64,000 bases of DNA from a virus, in the IMG/VR virus record IMGVR_UViG_3300037493_007233, positions 9,647 through 73,646 of that record; one strand, written 5' to 3'. The translations under genes were made by a program, and so were the position numbers. Below the pieces are notes generated by a model that was not told the DNA's origin, did not search any database, and saw only the letters and a list, made by a program, of their open reading frames with translations. Numbering within the stretch: position 1 is the stretch's first letter; every line of letters begins with the position of its first letter. This document shows positions 39,841 to 48,589 of the stretch, in pieces.

Positions 39841-40671
39841 TTGAACCCCATTATCCAGCATCTGGACGAAAACTCTTATTACAGCGAACCTCATCCCAAA
39901 GACGCTATATTTCTACATCACACAGAGGGGTATTACAGGCCGGATTGGGTCATCTCATCCTGGGACAGGAATAAAACAAATTCAACCAACAAGATAAGAA
40001 CTGCAGCTTGTTTGGTAATAGGAGGTAAGGACCCTAAAGGATTGGACAACTCCTATGATGGAGTGGTAATGCAAGCATTTCCGCCAAATGCCTGGGCACA
40101 CAATCTTTCGATTAAATCTAAGAACAATACATTTCTTAATCAGAAGAGTATTTCAATTGAGCTTTGCAACTTTGGCCAGCTGATAGAATCTTTAGACGGA
40201 GGATTCTACACAAAAACTCATGTCAGAATACCAGAGGATCAAATCTGTGAACTAACCCAGCCGTTTAGGGGTTACACTTATTTCCATCTTTACAGCGATA
40301 AGCAGCTTGAATCTCTTAGAAAGATGCTACTAGATCTTTCAGAAAAATTTGAGATAGATCTTTCCCGCGGAATTAAAAAGGAGATATTAAAATCAGAATC
40401 ACCCTTACCAGAGGGCATAAGCGGGCTGAAACTTCAAAAGTGGCTTAATAAAAACGGATTTACTGATGCCTGGGGAATGAAGATCCATGAAACAGGGGAA
40501 ATGGATCAAAAAACAAGAGAAGCTTTGGAATCTGTTGGTAAAAATCCATTTTCTTTAAACCCTATAGCAGTAAATGGCGGGCCCGGACTTTGGTCACATT
40601 CCAATGTGAGAATGGATCTACTGGACGTTACTCCCCAACCCAAGTTAATAGAGTTAATTAAATCTCTCTAA
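39841..40671 (+). CDS. N-acetylmuramoyl-L-alanine amidase (Amidase_2) with PG-binding-like insertion
   Basis: IFLHHT, AWAH, SISIELCN, YSDKQ, LQKWLN..G, WSHSNVR...D..PQP. Confidence 0.8.
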   Translation: MNPIIQHLDENSYYSEPHPKDAIFLHHTEGYYRPDWVISSWDRNKTNSTNKIRTAACLVIGGKDPKGLDNSYDGVVMQAFPPNAWAHNLSIKSKNNTFLNQKSISIELCNFGQLIESLDGGFYTKTHVRIPEDQICELTQPFRGYTYFHLYSDKQLESLRKMLLDLSEKFEIDLSRGIKKEILKSESPLPEGISGLKLQKWLNKNGFTDAWGMKIHETGEMDQKTREALESVGKNPFSLNPIAVNGGPGLWSHSNVRMDLLDVTPQPKLIELIKSL

Positions 40672-41046
40672 ATAAAGGAGGAGCTTCTTATCTGTAGGAT
40701 TTACATTCAGATTATTGTTGATGAATATCTCCCAGGAATCGGAAGCATATTTGCCCACCCCAGGCAGCTCTAGCACAGATTCAAACCCCTGAATCCATTT
40801 CCGACTTAATCCTTGTATTCTTTCAGACTTGACTCGAGAAAAACCAGTTGATCTTATTATTTCCTGTATAATTTCCGGGTTTATCGAACAGGCCAATTCT
40901 GGATTCGGTATGACTTCAAATAGAGGTGATAAGACTTTTCTAACTTGTTGATTTGTAGTTTGATTAAGTAGTATACAACATACCATCATTTTCCATGGAT
41001 CATCCAAATAGTCTTCCTGTATTAATCTCTCTATATTTTGTACCAT
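40654..41046 (-). CDS. MBD4-like HhH-GPD DNA glycosylase
   Basis: DPWKMMVCCILLNQT, LPGVGKYASDSWEIF, DKKL. Confidence 0.8.
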   Translation of the reverse strand: MVQNIERLIQEDYLDDPWKMMVCCILLNQTTNQQVRKVLSPLFEVIPNPELACSINPEIIQEIIRSTGFSRVKSERIQGLSRKWIQGFESVLELPGVGKYASDSWEIFINNNLNVNPTDKKLLLYLERFN

Positions 41047-41050
41047 ATCG

Positions 41051-41087
41051 AAAATAAGCCTGGCAAGAATATTTCCCTGCCAGGCTT
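41051..41087 (-). terminator. Hairpin/terminator after hsp20
   Basis: AAGCCTGGCA/TGCCAGGCTT stem. Confidence 0.65.
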
Positions 41088-41118
41088 TAAGGTGCTAAAT
41101 TAATTAAAAGTTTCGAGA

Positions 41119-41475
41119 TTAAAGAATTTCAATCCTTTTTGAAATGGATTCTTTTCTTTTTGGCACTCTAAGTTTAAGAATACCATTTTCCATTTTAGCC
41201 TCTAACTTTTTCCCGTCCGTTGAATCTGGTAATCTGAACTTCTTTGAGAAATCAGAAGTCCATCCGGATTTATTGTCCTTTCCCTCAATGTGAAGTACGT
41301 TTTCACTCACCTCGATTGTAATGTCATCCTGGGTAAATCCTGGGACCAAAAATTCTGCAACATAAGCATCGTCTTTTTCTTTAATTTCATAGCTAATTGT
41401 TTCTGATGAGCTTAGTCTGTTTGATAGAATTCTTTCCATCATTTCGAGTGGGTGGTAAACTTTGTATTTTTCCAT
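41119..41475 (-). CDS. Small heat-shock protein (Hsp20)
   Basis: VPGF...I.IEV, FSKKFRLP, AKMENGILKLRVPK; likely start MEKY at 41475. Confidence 0.9.
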   Translation of the reverse strand: MEKYKVYHPLEMMERILSNRLSSSETISYEIKEKDDAYVAEFLVPGFTQDDITIEVSENVLHIEGKDNKSGWTSDFSKKFRLPDSTDGKKLEAKMENGILKLRVPKRKESISKRIEIL

Positions 41476-41533
41476 ATTGTTGATATTTTTTTGATATAGA
41501 ATATACAATTTGTGTTCCACCCGTGGAATAAAC

Positions 41534-41561
41534 AAAAAACCCGACAAAGTGTCGGGTTTTT
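41534..41561 (-). terminator. Intrinsic terminator
   Basis: AAAAACCCGAC/GTCGGGTTTTT stem. Confidence 0.8.
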
Positions 41562-41599
41562 AACTTATTAATCAAAAAAACTATGACAAAATGCCGGTT

Positions 41600-42067
41600 T
41601 TACTTTTCTTGAAGCATTTTCATTGCTTTAGAAAAATCCATAAAAGTCTGAATCGTTCTTTTCTTTTTCTTCTTTTTATTGTCATTCTGAGCAGCAGGTG
41701 TACCTACTGTTAAACTATCAAACTTATCACCAGATCCTTGTTTAGCGACATCATAAAAGTTTGCATTAGTACCTGGACCCTGTGGAGGAGTAACAGGTCC
41801 CATACCAGGAGTGGTATTAAGTGTAGCCATTGCTCCACCTCCACCCATATCGTTTTCATCTAACTCGTATTCTGGGTATCCACATTCCCACACCATTTTC
41901 TCTACCTGCCAAGCTTCAGTGCAATATTTGTTTTCGTTCATCCACCTAGACAATTTTTCGATTATATCTCGAGGTGTGCAAGAAGATTCAATAACTGGAG
42001 TATCATCACAGCAGCAAAGACAAACTACGGTGTGTCCATTAGTGGTTGATCCAGTTGGGAAGTACAT
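41600..42067 (-). CDS. Hypothetical protein (Gly/Pro-rich, basic C-terminus)
   Basis: Likely start MYFPTG at 42067; C-terminal IQTFMDF. Confidence 0.6.
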   Translation of the reverse strand: MYFPTGSTTNGHTVVCLCCCDDTPVIESSCTPRDIIEKLSRWMNENKYCTEAWQVEKMVWECGYPEYELDENDMGGGGAMATLNTTPGMGPVTPPQGPGTNANFYDVAKQGSGDKFDSLTVGTPAAQNDNKKKKKKRTIQTFMDFSKAMKMLQEK

Positions 42068-42068
42068 A

Positions 42069-42314
42069 TTATCCATTTTGTTTTTCAATTATTTGTGCAA
42101 CATTTCTGGCAAATATCCTGATGGTTTGTCCAGATTCATTTAGTGTTATATAACCAATAATATCGCCATAAACATCTCTAATAGCATCGGTTACAAGTAA
42201 TTTATTGCCATTAGAATCAATGATGTTTTTGCCAGACAACCTATCAGTCTCCTTAGACCTATTTATTCTTTGGCCTATTTGATCTACGGTTCTTTTGCTA
42301 CAGGTATTACACAT
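42069..42314 (-). CDS. Hypothetical protein
   Basis: 81 aa; GATAAATA at 42322-42329. Confidence 0.6.
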   Translation of the reverse strand: MCNTCSKRTVDQIGQRINRSKETDRLSGKNIIDSNGNKLLVTDAIRDVYGDIIGYITLNESGQTIRIFARNVAQIIEKQNG

Positions 42315-42324
42315 AACTTAGTAT

Positions 42325-42738
42325 TTATCTATAGTCTCCTCTGAGTTCTTTTCTTCTTAAATAATTAAAAAGATATCTAAGAGCCTTAGAATATTCTTTG
42401 GCAGTTTTAAAAGGCTTTGGGAATCTTCTAATGTCATTACCATTACCCTGTGGAATCTCATCAGAAATAACCGGGTTGTACCTTCTCACTATTCCTGTTG
42501 GGTGAATAGTGTAGAATACATCCCCGTGACCTTTTTCTTTTTCCTTATGCTTAGTTCTGGTAAATTTCAAAGTATTATTAAGATCCTGTTGATGAGAATG
42601 AACCTCTTTAAACCCAAGATCTATGATACTTCTGTATTCTTTGCTTTTTCTAACCTTCTCTATATCCAAATCTCTCCTATCCTCAGTTTTGTATTCTTTT
42701 CTGGGGTCGTATTTAGAATATTCTAGAAGGTTATTCAT
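42325..42738 (-). CDS. Hypothetical basic protein
   Basis: 137 aa ORF. Confidence 0.65.
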   Translation of the reverse strand: MNNLLEYSKYDPRKEYKTEDRRDLDIEKVRKSKEYRSIIDLGFKEVHSHQQDLNNTLKFTRTKHKEKEKGHGDVFYTIHPTGIVRRYNPVISDEIPQGNGNDIRRFPKPFKTAKEYSKALRYLFNYLRRKELRGDYR

Positions 42739-43196
42739 TACTTCTTGCTCTTGTTTATAAACTCTCTGTAATCGGCTAGATTTTGCATCTTTCTACCTTT
42801 CTTAGGAGCTTTAACATCCGGATTAAGAACTGGAGTGATTGGTGCAATTCCACCTCCAGGAGAAAGTCCAGGAGTGTAGGAAGGAATACCTTTGCTTGCT
42901 ATAATAGGAGAAGTTGCTCCCGCAACAGCAATTCCTTTTTCGTCCAATTCTTCCATTTCCTCAGATTCTTTCATTGGCTTGTCTTTATAGGGCTTGCCAG
43001 CTTCAACGTAATGAGGAAGTTTCTTTGATTTGGTAGATGCAAACTTATCCAGTTCCTTATCTGTCATATCGCCATCCGCAATTGACTTAATTTCTTTCCT
43101 GTATTTTGGGTCAATGTCTTTAAGCTTAAGAAGTCCTTTTCTTAAACCCCATGCTTGTCCCATAACTGCTTGCTGTGCTTTTGATACTGAAGGCAT
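42738..43196 (-). CDS. DUF3008-like protein
   Basis: MPSVSKAQQ..MG, MTDKELDKFAST..KKLP. Confidence 0.6.
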   Translation of the reverse strand: MPSVSKAQQAVMGQAWGLRKGLLKLKDIDPKYRKEIKSIADGDMTDKELDKFASTKSKKLPHYVEAGKPYKDKPMKESEEMEELDEKGIAVAGATSPIIASKGIPSYTPGLSPGGGIAPITPVLNPDVKAPKKGRKMQNLADYREFINKSKK

Positions 43197-43236
43197 AGTT
43201 ATTTAGATTCTATTTTTTAAAGTTTGATGTAGTAAT

Positions 43237-43641
43237 TTAGATAAATCTAGATTCATCTTCCAATCTACCATCAGGATTTTTTATACTTTCGAATTCCTCC
43301 TTTAAATAAAGGTGTTTCATCTTCTTCTGGATTTCCTTTGCTGTCATAGGTTTAGCATTGAGTCCCCAGTTTGTATTCGGATTAATTATCTTAGAAGGTT
43401 TTTTCTTCCATTCTGGAAAAGTCCATAACCACTTGTTATAAGCCTTTCCTACAATTTCGAATCCCTTATCACCAGGTTGGATTGCAATTGGTGATTGTGG
43501 CGGAATGTAACTAGAAGTTTCTGCCTCGTTTTCCTGTTTGAATGCTTTGTCAACTATAGCAAATCCCTTGTCTCCCTTTGGAATTTTTTTAGCAGATTTT
43601 GGTGCTTTGTAGCTTGATGTTAGAGATGGATCTTTTGCCAT
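43237..43641 (-). CDS. Hypothetical protein with internal repeat
   Basis: GDKGFAIVDKAF / GDKGFEIVGKAY. Confidence 0.65.
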   Translation of the reverse strand: MAKDPSLTSSYKAPKSAKKIPKGDKGFAIVDKAFKQENEAETSSYIPPQSPIAIQPGDKGFEIVGKAYNKWLWTFPEWKKKPSKIINPNTNWGLNAKPMTAKEIQKKMKHLYLKEEFESIKNPDGRLEDESRFI

Positions 43642-43655
43642 AGTTATTTGTTAAT

Positions 43656-43862
43656 TTAGTCTATTACTGCTTCAATCTTGGACTTTGTAATTTGAACTGT
43701 TTCAAATGCACCAGCAGTTCCTTCCAGGTATTCTGCTAATTTCTTTTCAACTTCTAAAACAGTTTCTGCCGGAACTAAAAATTGACCAGCGTGAATTACT
43801 GGATCCCCGTTTCTTTTTGCTTCTCCGGTTTCGAAGTTTACTTTAGCGATGTAAAATGCCAT
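43656..43862 (-). CDS. DUF4494-like small protein
   Basis: YIAKV...FLV.AETV.E.E...ITKSKI..V. Confidence 0.6.
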   Translation of the reverse strand: MAFYIAKVNFETGEAKRNGDPVIHAGQFLVPAETVLEVEKKLAEYLEGTAGAFETVQITKSKIEAVID

Positions 43863-43908
43863 ATTTAAATTTTTTAGAGTGTTAGTTTTTTATATATCCA
43901 CGGAAAAC

Positions 43909-43936
43909 AAAAAAGGCAACCATATAGGCTGCCTTT
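43909..43936 (-). terminator. Intrinsic terminator
   Basis: AAAGGCAGCC/GGTTGCCTTT stem plus U-tract. Confidence 0.75.
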
Positions 43937-43954
43937 CATGTTCTAAAATGGGTA

Positions 43955-44131
43955 TTAACCTTGATTCTTAGAGTCTTGTACCTCAACTCGTACTTGCTGA
44001 GCAAGCTTCTTAAGCTCTTGCATAGCTTGTCTAACACGAGTTCCTGCAGCTTTATTTCCCTTTTCAGCGAATTTAACTACATCAGCTTCAGCAGCTGCTA
44101 CGAGGTTTTTGATTTCTTCAAATGTTTGCAT
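43955..44131 (-). CDS. Histone H1-like protein (Hc1 family), 58 aa, missed by ORF track
   Basis: MQTFEEIKNLVAAAEADVVKFAEKGNKAAGTRVRQAMQELKKLAQQVRVEVQDSKNQG; GNKAAGTR.R signature. Confidence 0.9.
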   Translation of the reverse strand: MQTFEEIKNLVAAAEADVVKFAEKGNKAAGTRVRQAMQELKKLAQQVRVEVQDSKNQG

Positions 44132-44197
44132 GATTCGAATTTTTTTTAAGTTATAGTGAGAATTTTGTAAAAAGTTCCATTTTGGTGCTTTTTTGAG

Positions 44198-44731
44198 TTA
44201 TCTACTTAAAATGTAGATTCCTCTGTGAGATCCTTCTTGCATAGCCCACTCTGGACCTAGAGCAGAAATAAGCATCGATTTTGCGAATTCTTCATAGTTT
44301 TCTATGTCCAAGTTATCGTGCATTTCATCAACCATTCTAACTACTTTAGGATTTTTTTCCAGGTAGTTGTTTATACATCTGTTAACTTGCTCAAAGAATC
44401 TAGAAAGATCATTTCCTTCAAGTTTGAATTTTTCGTCGTTAATCTGGGGAAGTGTAGCTTTATTGATAGCAATGTCCTCAATTACTTCAGATCCTATTTC
44501 GTTAACGTTTAATACAGCATGAGAATTTTTAGGTCCCTCTAAAGTTTCGTATTCTGAGTATTTGCCGATGAACATAACGTACCCATTTTGTCCACCCTCT
44601 TCCATATCTAATTGAAAGAAATAATAGAACATATCGCCATCTCTTCTAAACAAAAATGGTTCGGTACCAAACCCATCTGCTTCTTTTAGATGATCTAAAA
44701 ATTGACCGTAGCTTTTAATCCTTTTTTCCAC
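44198..44731 (-). CDS. Hypothetical protein, putative virion-internal
   Basis: IKSYGQF...LKEA; GATATATA at 44749-44756. Confidence 0.65.
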   Translation of the reverse strand: MEKRIKSYGQFLDHLKEADGFGTEPFLFRRDGDMFYYFFQLDMEEGGQNGYVMFIGKYSEYETLEGPKNSHAVLNVNEIGSEVIEDIAINKATLPQINDEKFKLEGNDLSRFFEQVNRCINNYLEKNPKVVRMVDEMHDNLDIENYEEFAKSMLISALGPEWAMQEGSHRGIYILSR

Positions 44732-44757
44732 TGTAGTTTGTATTTTTTTATATATCT

Positions 44758-46674
44758 TTACTTTGGCATCTCAGCAGAGAGCAGGGTGTAAAGATTTAGA
44801 ACAGATTTCGGTAGAAGCTTCTTAAGTGAAGCAAAATCTTCACTTTTTAATTTGTCTCGTACCTCTGTTGCAGAAGTAAATCTAGGGGTAACTTCCAGCC
44901 CAAAATCCTTCGGTAAATTGTCTATTAGATCTGATCTCTTGATATACTCGATCTGCTTCTCGTAGTAATCTTTACGGTCGTCCCCAGCTGCAATTAAATG
45001 TGGTTCTAGACCCATCATTACAAGCTTGTTTATGATAGAACCTACTAAACCCCTATCGACTATCATATAATCTACGAGATCCTCTGGATTATCCTTAACC
45101 ACGGCTTCCATATACTGCTTAATGATCCTTTCATCAAAAGGAGATTTACCAGATTTGATATGCCCAGGATATACAACAACCACAAAACTTGGGAGGTTGT
45201 TTTTCTCCTTTAATTTCTTAGCCATTTTTAAATGTCCAGAATGAAATGGCTGGAATCTGCCAATAAGGACGTTAACAGCTTTTGGATCCTCTGGTGCTTT
45301 TTCTACAAGTTGATCCTTATCGTCCTTTGTCTGGTTATCGATAGTTTCCAATTTGCTAATAAACTCATCGTAAGAAAAGAAAGGATTTTCTGATCTTTCA
45401 GATTCCTCATTTTCCTCCTGGATGTAATCTACGTTTGGTATAAACTCCTTTTTAAAATCAGAGAAAGAAACAAACTCAGATTCATTAACGGGGGATTTCT
45501 CTTTTTTAATGTAATCCTTGATATCCTGAATTAACAGATTCAGCTGCTCAACCATACCTGAGGTCACAATACCTGTCGCTCTGGTTTTAATTTTGCGGAA
45601 TGAATTTAGGATAAGTTTGAAAAGAGATTCAAAAGATTCATCCTCTTCAACATACTTAAGAACTTTTCTGTCAGTAATCAGATTCTTATTAAGTCGAAAA
45701 TCTTCTTTTTTCAAATAGCTAGGCTCTTCAAAATCGGTCCCCTTGTATTTCTCCTTGTTTTCATCCAAAAACTTAGCGAACACATCTGATATAAACGAAA
45801 TGTATCTTTCATCTTCTGTATCACCTTCTACTTCGAAATTCTTTAATCCTTTCTCGAGAATAAAGTTCATCACATCCAAAAGAGTAATACCCAAAAAGTC
45901 GCTAGGCTTCTTTTCTCTTTGTTCTGAACTCTTCTGCTTTGCTATCTCGGTAAAAATTGGATCTACCATTTTAGCAAGAACAGTTTCATTTTCTTTATTG
46001 GGATCACCAAATCTAAAAACAATTCCTTCAACCTCTTTATCTAGATCTTCATTCAATGCGCTTTTAGAAAGTTCAGGATTCAAAGTAGAAATGATGTATC
46101 TCACAAAACTCTGGGTAGAGAATCTTTCCACTAATTTTTTGAACGGGGTATTTAGAAATTCTAGAAGTTTTGACTTCTGATCCTCATCGAGTTTACCTTG
46201 AAATATAATAGGAGAATGCTCAACGCCTAATAGATCAGCCCATTCATCTAAAGATGATTTTTTCTGTATAGTCTTAACTATTTTTCCAGCATCGTCTAAT
46301 TGGTGAACGTATGATAGAATCAAATGATTCTTGGGTAATCTATCATAAACAATCTCAACCGGATTTGTGTTGGCAAAGTATTCTAGTCCAAATCTCCACC
46401 CTCTTGGTATTTTTTGAATCACATGGGGTGGGAGAGATTCGATATACTGGATTGGCTTTTCGTAGTACTTCATCAGAGTCCTATCGACCAAGGTAATAGG
46501 ATTTCTTTGGTCCCTTCTGTAAAATTTGAATTTTCCTGTGTCCTTATCTCTTTCGAAACTAAAGGCAGATCCATCCATCTTTTCGTTGATGGTAACATAT
46601 TGATTAAAAAGCTGATTTACGAAATCAGCTCCTTTTTTATTGTAAAGGTCGTATAGGTGATTAATTCCAGCCAT
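44758..46674 (-). CDS. Fusion of ATP-dependent ligase-like domain and HIGH-class (NadM/cytidylyltransferase-like) domain
   Basis: EKMDGS, GLEY, EGIVFRF, AKMV; C-terminal GRFQPFHSGH, AGDDR, SATEVR. Confidence 0.75.
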   Translation of the reverse strand: MAGINHLYDLYNKKGADFVNQLFNQYVTINEKMDGSAFSFERDKDTGKFKFYRRDQRNPITLVDRTLMKYYEKPIQYIESLPPHVIQKIPRGWRFGLEYFANTNPVEIVYDRLPKNHLILSYVHQLDDAGKIVKTIQKKSSLDEWADLLGVEHSPIIFQGKLDEDQKSKLLEFLNTPFKKLVERFSTQSFVRYIISTLNPELSKSALNEDLDKEVEGIVFRFGDPNKENETVLAKMVDPIFTEIAKQKSSEQREKKPSDFLGITLLDVMNFILEKGLKNFEVEGDTEDERYISFISDVFAKFLDENKEKYKGTDFEEPSYLKKEDFRLNKNLITDRKVLKYVEEDESFESLFKLILNSFRKIKTRATGIVTSGMVEQLNLLIQDIKDYIKKEKSPVNESEFVSFSDFKKEFIPNVDYIQEENEESERSENPFFSYDEFISKLETIDNQTKDDKDQLVEKAPEDPKAVNVLIGRFQPFHSGHLKMAKKLKEKNNLPSFVVVVYPGHIKSGKSPFDERIIKQYMEAVVKDNPEDLVDYMIVDRGLVGSIINKLVMMGLEPHLIAAGDDRKDYYEKQIEYIKRSDLIDNLPKDFGLEVTPRFTSATEVRDKLKSEDFASLKKLLPKSVLNLYTLLSAEMPK

Positions 46675-46676
46675 TA

Positions 46677-47126
46677 TTATTCAAAAAGAAAATTTTCTAT
46701 TTCACTACTAAAACTCCTTGTAAAAGAAAGGGGTCCAAATTTTTTGTTAAAATCCACACTAATTATTCCAGAGATTACCATTTGTGATATTCCTTTTAGT
46801 AAACTTCCCACTAGGATTTTCGATTTTGGCTGTAAATTCTTATGATATAAGTTGATTAATAGCGGGGTAAATATTTCCAATGGTGGTATTTTAGATTGAT
46901 AGTTTAGAATTCTATATACTTCTTTTTCGATAAAATAAACAGATTTGCCTCCAACTATAACCTCCATATTTCCATCTTCTGCCTTTAGAACTACTCCTTT
47001 ATGCCCATTATCAGTCCTAAATAAAATTAGATCTTTATCCCTTAATACAAGGTTTACACCGTCTCCATCCAGTATAATATCAAGAGCACTGTAGATTAGA
47101 TCTGTATGTTTAAGTGTAAATTCCAT
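46677..47126 (-). CDS. Hypothetical protein
   Basis: 149 aa ORF in operon. Confidence 0.6.
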   Translation of the reverse strand: MEFTLKHTDLIYSALDIILDGDGVNLVLRDKDLILFRTDNGHKGVVLKAEDGNMEVIVGGKSVYFIEKEVYRILNYQSKIPPLEIFTPLLINLYHKNLQPKSKILVGSLLKGISQMVISGIISVDFNKKFGPLSFTRSFSSEIENFLFE

Positions 47127-48031
47127 TAAGCTACTTCTGTTGGGATAACGTATCCAGCATTATTTAAATACCTGATCAAATCCTGTCTTATTTCTTCTAC
47201 TCTATCGCTATATTTAAAATTAGGAGAGGTTACTATATTCCAAACCTCTTCAAAGGTTTTAACGTTGTCTGGTTTTACTCCACCGCCAAACATGAGATCT
47301 AATAATTCCTGTGGATCCCTTGTTACAAAAACAGATTGACCTTTTACTGTATCAGGTCTTTTAAGTCTCTTAGTTGCCCCCTGGAATGTTTTCTTATTCT
47401 TGTAGATCCCATCATTTAGCCTTAGAGCATAGGTGTCGAAATCTACAATATCTCCATTCTCGTCTCTCTTGGTTACATTCTTTAGGGCAGACAATATAGC
47501 CTGGAAAAGCCAGTTCCTGTGTGCAGATTTATACTTAGATTCATTCTTTCTATAATCCGGTGAATAGAATATGAATTTTGCCCAATCCATATTTGAGATC
47601 GGAATTAGATCCAGCTGAACTGTTCCGTTTTCTGTATCGCCTTCGATTGGCCAAGCTATGCTAAGAACGTTTATTCCCTTCATTAGCTTCATGTCTGGCT
47701 CATAGCCAAGTATTGCTGGAAGCTCAGACGAAAGCTTGTCGTATAGAAACTGAAGTGATTGATCTGCAGAAATACCAAATTTTTGGGCTAAGAATTCCTG
47801 AGCTATACCAAGATCAATATCACCAGAAGTATCCGAAGGACTTTTCTTTTTTCCTATGCTACCAATCAGAAGATAATCCTTATCAAATTCGCCGTCTCCA
47901 ATCAAGGGGAATAGAACTTCCCTCATGTGTTGAATTGTCTTTTCAACCTCTGACTCTTTTATTGGTCTAGATGATTTGATAGCAGCACCTCCCTCGAAGA
48001 GCTTAGAAAAAGAAGAAAAACTCTGGATCAT
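47126..48031 (-). CDS. Pol-beta superfamily nucleotidyltransferase
   Basis: LIGSIGKK...SGDIDL, VQLDL, SKYKSAHRN. Confidence 0.7.
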   Translation of the reverse strand: MIQSFSSFSKLFEGGAAIKSSRPIKESEVEKTIQHMREVLFPLIGDGEFDKDYLLIGSIGKKKSPSDTSGDIDLGIAQEFLAQKFGISADQSLQFLYDKLSSELPAILGYEPDMKLMKGINVLSIAWPIEGDTENGTVQLDLIPISNMDWAKFIFYSPDYRKNESKYKSAHRNWLFQAILSALKNVTKRDENGDIVDFDTYALRLNDGIYKNKKTFQGATKRLKRPDTVKGQSVFVTRDPQELLDLMFGGGVKPDNVKTFEEVWNIVTSPNFKYSDRVEEIRQDLIRYLNNAGYVIPTEVA

Positions 48032-48552
48032 TTTAATTTGTAATATTTGCCAGCAGAATTTACATAATCAACATAGATCTCTTCTTCCTCAGTTTTGGGA
48101 TTATTTATGTCAAAATCCTTACCAAAACTCTTCTTTCCGTTTTCTATTGATTTTTTATAAAAAACCTCGTGATCTTTTTCTTCGTTCCTACCGGTCTTCT
48201 TAATATCTTCTCCCCACTTTTGAAGAACCTCTTGCTTTTTACCTTTTAATGTTTTAGAATCGTATTTTTCTAAATCAGATCTTTTACCAAATAGATTAGC
48301 AACTCCTCTTCCAAGGCCTAGAAGTCCAGAGGCAGCCCCCGATACTAATCTTTGTAATGCCTGGCCAGGTCTTTCTGCCATGGCATCGAACCAATCCTTT
48401 CCTCCTTCGTAACCTGCTACCTCAGCTTCTGGGTTTTCAGCTTTAACTCTAGCCTGCATTTTGCCGAGCTTCCTCGCCACAATATTCTTATCCCCGGTTA
48501 CTGAGTATTTTGATTCGTTTAAAAATCCTTGAAAATTTAAGATTTTGGTCAT
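48028..48552 (-). CDS. Hypothetical protein, putative virion-internal
   Basis: ILNFQGFLNES; GATATATA at 48572-48579. Confidence 0.65.
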   Translation of the reverse strand: MTKILNFQGFLNESKYSVTGDKNIVARKLGKMQARVKAENPEAEVAGYEGGKDWFDAMAERPGQALQRLVSGAASGLLGLGRGVANLFGKRSDLEKYDSKTLKGKKQEVLQKWGEDIKKTGRNEEKDHEVFYKKSIENGKKSFGKDFDINNPKTEEEEIYVDYVNSAGKYYKLK

Positions 48553-48589
48553 ATAGAACTTTTCTTTAGTCTATATATCCCTTTTTTTA

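Noticed and set aside
43961-44149. Plus-strand 62-aa ORF
   Set aside because: Antisense to the Hc1 gene at 43955..44131
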